Assembly (NCBI GenBank): GCA_964436255.1
Contig: CAYTBW010000002.1
Span: 616 to 64,615 of the forward strand
DNA: 64,000 bases
Origin: an uncultured Candidatus Saccharibacteria bacterium
Lineage (GTDB): Bacteria > Patescibacteriota > Saccharimonadia > CAILAD01 > JADZBC01
Direction: 5' to 3'
The notes beneath the pieces are model-generated. The model did no database searches and had not been told where the DNA came from. It was given only the letters and a program-made list of their open reading frames with translations. Of this stretch, positions 58,668 to 64,000 are shown in pieces. Numbering within the stretch: the stretch's first letter is position 1; each line of letters opens with the position of its first letter. The position numbers were made by a program, and so were the translations under genes.

Positions 58668-60046
58668 TTCTGCGCGACCAAATAGCTCGATCGGGCCGGA
58701 ACTTACGGAACGCAAAAGCGCGGACGCTCCTTACAGCTGCCGCAATTGCAGTGGGCACATTTGCCCTGACTCTTACCTTGGCAGCTAGCAATGGCGCTAC
58801 GGCGTTCGTGAATAAGATTATAGCTGAGAACTTCGATCCAGCAGAGCTGATTGTTGCAAAAGATAAGTCAATTTTTGGCGGCAATGGCAGCAACACGAAG
58901 CCGCGCGAGTACGACCCAAGCTTCGGTACCGGGGTGTCGAATTCTGGTGCTACCACACAAATTAAGCGCGTGACCGACGAAGACATCGCAGTAATTAAGA
59001 GCGTGGATGGTGTAGTTAACGTTCGCGAAGACATCACGGTAAACTTGCGCTACATTACCCGCCCTGATCAAAAGAAGTACGTGGCGTCACTAGCAGCCTT
59101 TAGTCCCGCGCAGAAGCCTACCTTGCTAGCTGGTAGCATCGGTGAAGGTGGAGTGGTCGGCAAGGATGCTATCCTGCTGCCCGAAGGCTACGTTAAGGCA
59201 CTCGGCTTCAAGGATGCGCAGGATGCCATCGGCAAGGACATAACAGCTTCAGTTACAAAATCACTTACTGCCGGCGCAGCGGATATTGCCAGTTTAAGTG
59301 CGAGCGTAAATTCGCCAGCTGATTTGGCCAAACTGAGTGAGCAGGCAAGCGTGGAGCGAACGCTTAAGGTGGCAGCCGTCACCAAGAAGCCAACCACGGC
59401 TCAGCCTGGCACAGAGCTCTACCTGTATGCCGACGCCGATACGGCTCGTGAGCTGAATGACATTACTACCGAGGGCACCGCTAACTACCGCAAATACAAC
59501 TACGTATTCGCCAAAGTCGAGGGCGGTGAGAACGAGGCTACACTCAAAGCCGCTCAGGATGAGCTTAAAGAGAAGGGCTTCGCCGTACAGAGCGTTAAGG
59601 AAGCCCAAGAGTTCCTGACCAGCATCATCTCGATCCTGCAGGGGATTGTGGCGGCCTTTGCGGCAATTGCTATCATCGCCTCGGTCTTCGGCATCGTGAA
59701 CACCATGTACATTAGCGTACTACAGCGTACACGAGAGATTGGCCTTATGAAGGCGCTCGGCATGCGTAAGCGCGATATTGGTAGACTGTTTCGTTTTGAG
59801 GCGGCATGGATCGGGTTCATCGGAGGGGTTGTCGGCTCTCTATTAGCGGTTGGCTTGGGCGTAGCCTTAAACCCTTGGATTACCAAGTCGCTTGACCTTG
59901 GTACGGGCAATTCACTGCTCATATTTAAGCCATTCGAGGTCGTGCAGCTCGTGGTCGCACTGATGATCGTGGCAATCTTGACAGGGTGGCTGCCATCGCG
60001 CAAGGCTGCCAAGCTCGACCCAATTGAAGCGCTAAGGACAGAATAG
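58664..60046 (+). CDS. ABC transporter permease (MacB/FtsX-like)
   Basis: NTMYISVLQRTREIGLMKALG, PSRKAAKLDPIEALR. Confidence 0.93.
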   Translation: MILRDQIARSGRNLRNAKARTLLTAAAIAVGTFALTLTLAASNGATAFVNKIIAENFDPAELIVAKDKSIFGGNGSNTKPREYDPSFGTGVSNSGATTQIKRVTDEDIAVIKSVDGVVNVREDITVNLRYITRPDQKKYVASLAAFSPAQKPTLLAGSIGEGGVVGKDAILLPEGYVKALGFKDAQDAIGKDITASVTKSLTAGAADIASLSASVNSPADLAKLSEQASVERTLKVAAVTKKPTTAQPGTELYLYADADTARELNDITTEGTANYRKYNYVFAKVEGGENEATLKAAQDELKEKGFAVQSVKEAQEFLTSIISILQGIVAAFAAIAIIASVFGIVNTMYISVLQRTREIGLMKALGMRKRDIGRLFRFEAAWIGFIGGVVGSLLAVGLGVALNPWITKSLDLGTGNSLLIFKPFEVVQLVVALMIVAILTGWLPSRKAAKLDPIEALRTE

Positions 60047-60054
60047 GAGACGAT

Positions 60055-60312
60055 ATGTTAATTGATGTACGTACGCCAGAGGAATATGCAGAAGCCCATA
60101 TAGACGGGGCTGTTAACGTGGAGCTAGCTGAGGGTATGGCCTCTAAACTGCCGGCTGATGCAGCCGGCCAAACACTCGAAATTTATTGCAGGAGTGGCGG
60201 TAGGGCTACGGCAGCAGAGCAGATTCTGCGCCGGGCTGGTTATGAGGTAAAGAACTTAGGCGGCGTAGATGACGTTCTGGCACTAGGGCGTACGTTGTCG
60301 GTAGGAGAATAG
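60055..60312 (+). CDS. Rhodanese-like protein
   Basis: IDVRTPEEY...HI.GA.N, YCRSGGR. Confidence 0.92.
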   Translation: MLIDVRTPEEYAEAHIDGAVNVELAEGMASKLPADAAGQTLEIYCRSGGRATAAEQILRRAGYEVKNLGGVDDVLALGRTLSVGE

Positions 60313-60324
60313 AGCAAAGCCACT

Positions 60325-60375
60325 AAAACGAAAAGGACCCCCGAACGAATCGGGGGTCCTTTTCGTTCGGGGGTC
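60325..60375. terminator. Bidirectional terminator with an alternative competing hairpin
   Basis: 18-bp perfect stem 60327-60344/60350-60367; competing 14-bp stem 60336-60349/60362-60375. Confidence 0.85.
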
Positions 60376-60393
60376 GGGTGGTGCGGGCTGGGT

Positions 60394-60813
60394 TTAGCTG
60401 ATCGGCTTGAGCTCCAGGCCGAGCTTGGCCAGCTTCTCCTTGACCAGGTCGAGGCTCTTCTGGCCGAAGTTCGTGATCGCGAGGAGGTCATCCTCGGTCT
60501 TCTCGACCAGCTGGCCGACGGTCTCGATCTGGGCACGACGCAGGCTGTTGCGAGCCCGTTCGACGCGGTTGTCGTCGGGGGGTGGCGAACCACCCTCGTC
60601 GTAGCCGAGGAACTCCTCGGTGGTCATCTCCACCGGCGGCTTCTGTCCGATGTACTCGACGCTCGAGACCTGGGTCTGGATGCGCGCGCTGAGCTTCAGG
60701 CCGGGGTAGTCCTGCTCCATGCGCAGGATGGCGGCCTTGGCAGCCAGGATCTGGTCCGCGGGGCCCGTCATGACGAGCTCGGCGGAGATGCTGTTGGGTT
60801 CGGGGTCGGTCAT
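60394..60813 (-). CDS. Stand-alone RNA polymerase alpha-CTD domain protein with high-GC codon usage
   Basis: [49 protein letters not shown]; no alpha-NTD; SD-like AGAGGT before ATG at 60813. Confidence 0.85.
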   Translation of the reverse strand: MTDPEPNSISAELVMTGPADQILAAKAAILRMEQDYPGLKLSARIQTQVSSVEYIGQKPPVEMTTEEFLGYDEGGSPPPDDNRVERARNSLRRAQIETVGQLVEKTEDDLLAITNFGQKSLDLVKEKLAKLGLELKPIS

Positions 60814-60866
60814 CTGATACCTCTGTTCTCTAGTGACCGTGAGACGCCCTTCTGGGCGATTAAGGC

Positions 60867-60895
60867 ATAATAGCATAATATAGCTTATTTGTCAA
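60867..60895 (-). promoter_or_regulatory. Near-consensus promoter of the alpha-CTD gene
   Basis: TTGACA-17 bp-TATTAT with extended -10 TG. Confidence 0.8.
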
Positions 60896-60961
60896 TATAC
60901 TTTGACATTTTGTTACTCTACTGACTTTCCGTTATACTTGAACCAATATAAAGGAGCCACT

Positions 60962-62281
60962 ATGGCACGGGTTACACCACGAATTCTCAGCGGTTTTGTA
61001 GAACTACTACCCGAGGATCAAATCCAGTTCAATAAGATGTTCGATACTATTCGTGGCGTATACGAGAGCTACGGCTATGCGCCGATTGAAACTCCTGCAA
61101 TTGAGCTGGGCGAGGTACTGCTTGCCAAAGCGGGCGGAGAAACTGAAAAGCAGATATACAAAATCGCTCGCGATAAAGACGACAAAGACATGGCGTTGCA
61201 CTTTGACCTAACCGTGCCATTGGCGCGTTACGTGGCCCAACACGAGGGTGAATTGGTGTTTCCGTTCCGCAGGTACCAGATGCAAAAGGTATGGCGCGGC
61301 GAGCGCAGCCAAGCGGGCCGATATAGAGAATTCTATCAGTGTGACATTGATGTAATCGGTAGTAATAGTGTTCTGTATGATGCCGAGATGCCTGCGGTTA
61401 TTTCCAGTGTGTTTCGTAAACTCAGCATCGGCAGTTTTACTATCCGTGTAAACAACCGCAAGATCCTGCAAGGCTACCTGGAGAGCATTGGTGCACATCA
61501 CATTTCTGCAGAAGTTCTGCGTGTAATTGATAAGCTAGAAAAGATCGGCGAAGCCGCAGTGGTCTCTGAGCTCGTTAAACTCGGCGTTGAAGAGCAAGTA
61601 ACCCAAAAGCTACTGGCATTCTTAAGTACGGCAGGAACTGTGGACGAGGTCCTTGAGCAGCTTGGACAAGTAGATACGCAGAATACCCGTTACCTAGCTG
61701 GCTTAGAAGAGCTACGTGGCGTGGTTGACGGTATGCGCCGCCTTGGTTTGCCAGACGAAGATTATGTGATTGATCTTAAAATTGCCCGTGGCTTGGATTA
61801 CTACACCGGTACTGTTTACGAAACGAACCTCGATGACTTCCCGGGCGTAGGTAGCGTATGCTCCGGCGGGCGTTATGATGATTTGGCAAGTTATTACACC
61901 AAAAGCAAGCTCCCTGGAGTGGGTGTTTCCATAGGTCTAACACGGCTCTTTATGCAGCTCAAAGAGATCGGGCTTGTGAGCGCTGGCGCTAAGACCATGA
62001 GTAGGGCTGTGATCTTGCCTCTTACCACTGATGCGACTGCACGAGCGCTAGAAGTTGCTACCCAGTTGCGGGCTGCCGGCATCGCAGTTGAAACATACAT
62101 GGAGCAGTCGCAACCAAGCAAGATGATGCGCTATGTGGATCGACTCGGCGCTCCGTACGCGATCGTGATTGGCGAAGACGAGCTGGCAAGTGGGCAAGTA
62201 GTGCTCAAGAACATGGAAACTGGCGAGCAGCCCGTCATGGGCGTCCAAGAAGTCATCAAGCGCCTTAGTGCTGACAACTAG
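60962..62281 (+). CDS. hisS: Histidine--tRNA ligase
   Basis: FDLTVPLARY, GRYREFYQCDID, RGLDYYTG, GGRYD. Confidence 0.97.
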   Translation: MARVTPRILSGFVELLPEDQIQFNKMFDTIRGVYESYGYAPIETPAIELGEVLLAKAGGETEKQIYKIARDKDDKDMALHFDLTVPLARYVAQHEGELVFPFRRYQMQKVWRGERSQAGRYREFYQCDIDVIGSNSVLYDAEMPAVISSVFRKLSIGSFTIRVNNRKILQGYLESIGAHHISAEVLRVIDKLEKIGEAAVVSELVKLGVEEQVTQKLLAFLSTAGTVDEVLEQLGQVDTQNTRYLAGLEELRGVVDGMRRLGLPDEDYVIDLKIARGLDYYTGTVYETNLDDFPGVGSVCSGGRYDDLASYYTKSKLPGVGVSIGLTRLFMQLKEIGLVSAGAKTMSRAVILPLTTDATARALEVATQLRAAGIAVETYMEQSQPSKMMRYVDRLGAPYAIVIGEDELASGQVVLKNMETGEQPVMGVQEVIKRLSADN

Positions 62282-62388
62282 CCTCGAATCTGCTATAATA
62301 TTGAGCGAAAGATACGCGCCACATTGTGTGTCAATGTAGGCGCATTTATTTTGCTCAAATCTAACATAATCACTCAGAAAGGCACCAT

Positions 62389-64000
62389 ATGGAAGCTGCT
62401 CAAAAAACAGAGAATATTCGTAACATTGCAATTATTGCCCACGTAGACCATGGTAAAACTACCCTAGTAGACGGATTGCTCAAACAGTCTAAGACATTCC
62501 GTGAAAACCAAGCCGAAATGGCTCAGGACCTCATTATGGACAGTGGCGACCAGGAAAAAGAACGAGGCATTACCATTACCGCCAAAGTAACTGCCGTACA
62601 GCACGGTGACTACCGTGTAAACATTATTGATACTCCGGGGCACGCTGATTTTTCTGGCGAAGTTGAGCGTACGCTCAACATGGCCGATGGCTGTTTGCTG
62701 ATTGTGGACGCGCAGGAAGGCCCAATGCCTCAGACCAAGTTTGTACTTACTAAAGCACTTGCTGGCGGTCTTAAGCCGATTGTAGTTATTAACAAGATTG
62801 ATAAGCCAGGCAGCCGAATCGCCGAAGTAGAAGAAGAGCTGGCCGATCTGTTCCTAGAGCTCGCCGTGCATGAAGATCAGCTTCATTACCCTGTTTACTA
62901 CGCAATTGGACGCGAAGGAAAAGCCTGGAAGGACGCGCCAAGTGACCCGAGTGCAGCAGGGGACTTAGAATGTATTTTTGACGCAATAATTAGTGACGTA
63001 CCTGCTCCAGACGTAGAGCTCGATGCGCCATTCCAGATGCTCGTAACAGCCTTAGCCCACGATACCTATAAGGGCAAGTACGCTGTTGGTCGCATTAACC
63101 GCGGATCCGTGAAGCCAGGAGACACCGTTGCGCTTTGCCAAAAAGACGGCAAAATCTCCAAGGCGCGCGTTGAAGCAGTATTCATGAGCCACGGAGTCAG
63201 TAAGTTTGAAGTTCCGGGTGGAATCGCTGGCGATATCGTACAACTTACTGGAATCAGCGCTGTGCAGATTGGCGAAACAATCGCTGACGCCGAAAAGCCA
63301 GAGGCACTGCCGGTGCTCGAAGTAGAAGCACCAACACTCAAGATCTACATTGGTCCAAACACAAGTCCACTTAAGGGCCTAGAGGGTGAGTTTACAACCA
63401 GTCGACAGATAGATGAGCGTTTGTATAAAGAGCTTGAAACAAACATAGGTTTGCGTGTTGAAGACGGTGGTCTTGGGTTCTTGGTCTCAGGCCGTGGAGA
63501 ACTCCACTTAAGTGTACTTATCGAGACATTGCGCCGAGAAGGCTTCGAGCTCGAGGTAGGTAGACCACAGGTTGTGACCAAGGAAGAAGACGGCAAGACT
63601 ATGGAGCCGCTCGAAGAGCTAATTATTGAAGTCCCTGCCGAGCACGTAGGCGCGGTACAGATGGAACTTGGCGCTCGTCGCGCAACGCTGAAGGAGCAGT
63701 TTGCGAGCCCTAAGGGCGTCACGAAGCTCGTTTATGAATTACCAACTCGCGTTCTGCTTGGTTTGCGCAATATTCTACTTACCAACACAAAAGGCACAGT
63801 GATTATGAACAGCCTCATGATCGGCTACCAGCCACTAGGCCCTGCTATGCAGCAGCTCCGTAGTGGCGTACTCATCGCTTTTGAGGCCGGCTCGACCACT
63901 CCATATGCTCTTCAGACTGTTGAGCAGCGCGGTACATGTTTTGTTGGTCCGGGCGAAAAGGTATACGCCGGGCAGATTATTGGTCTGAACGCGCGTTCCG
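62389..64000 (+). CDS. typA: Translational GTPase TypA/BipA (3' end beyond the window; absent from the ORF track)
   Basis: [55 protein letters not shown]. Confidence 0.96.
   Translation, partial: MEAAQKTENIRNIAIIAHVDHGKTTLVDGLLKQSKTFRENQAEMAQDLIMDSGDQEKERGITITAKVTAVQHGDYRVNIIDTPGHADFSGEVERTLNMADGCLLIVDAQEGPMPQTKFVLTKALAGGLKPIVVINKIDKPGSRIAEVEEELADLFLELAVHEDQLHYPVYYAIGREGKAWKDAPSDPSAAGDLECIFDAIISDVPAPDVELDAPFQMLVTALAHDTYKGKYAVGRINRGSVKPGDTVALCQKDGKISKARVEAVFMSHGVSKFEVPGGIAGDIVQLTGISAVQIGETIADAEKPEALPVLEVEAPTLKIYIGPNTSPLKGLEGEFTTSRQIDERLYKELETNIGLRVEDGGLGFLVSGRGELHLSVLIETLRREGFELEVGRPQVVTKEEDGKTMEPLEELIIEVPAEHVGAVQMELGARRATLKEQFASPKGVTKLVYELPTRVLLGLRNILLTNTKGTVIMNSLMIGYQPLGPAMQQLRSGVLIAFEAGSTTPYALQTVEQRGTCFVGPGEKVYAGQIIGLNARS

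Noticed and set aside
5431-60365. Two terminators share the stem base AAAAGGACCC/GGGTCCTTTT
   Set aside because: Only two copies with different cores; too little to call a REP family
60860-60895. dif-like look (gcataa...ttat)
   Set aside because: No XerD arm TTATGTTAAAT; fully explained as a promoter
1-64000. CRISPR array, tRNA/rRNA genes, DGR, prophage, UGA recoding
   Set aside because: No repeat-spacer array, tRNA-like sequence, RT, integrase or phage genes seen; UGA ends several intact genes (secD, rodA, trpS)

Overview
A gene-dense chromosomal window of a Patescibacteria (CPR) bacterium, most likely Saccharibacteria. The lineage is inferred from the minimal gene set, sortase-type and LCP surface proteins, and lineage-typical hypothetical proteins. 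It uses standard code 11 and is roughly 50% GC. Most genes are housekeeping: rpsA-ylxR-infB-rbfA, priA-def-fmt, secDF, recJ, rpsU-yqeY-ybeY-dgkA-adk-map, ftsA/ftsZ/nrdR, pyk, ileS, rodA, trxB, rplU, parAB, trpS, lepB, htrA, rpmE-prfA-prmC, hisS and a partial typA. I saw no tRNA, rRNA, CRISPR array, integrase or transposase. Five observations stand out. (1) A stand-alone, actinobacterial-type RNA polymerase alpha-CTD gene has about 92% GC3, yet carries an AT-rich consensus promoter, a 5' hairpin, an SD and a bistable 3' hairpin; it is a candidate host-mimicking effector cassette. (2) A Trp T-box is followed by an SD-led Met-Asp-Trp mini-ORF and controls a deacylase-trpS operon. (3) The ileS T-box is atypical and has no terminator. 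(4) An AGCATAAG motif recurs at promoters, and -10-to-ATG (leaderless) architecture is widespread. (5) There are several structured leaders and putative host-contact proteins. All calls come from reading the sequence and ORFs by eye; no searches or folding programs were run.
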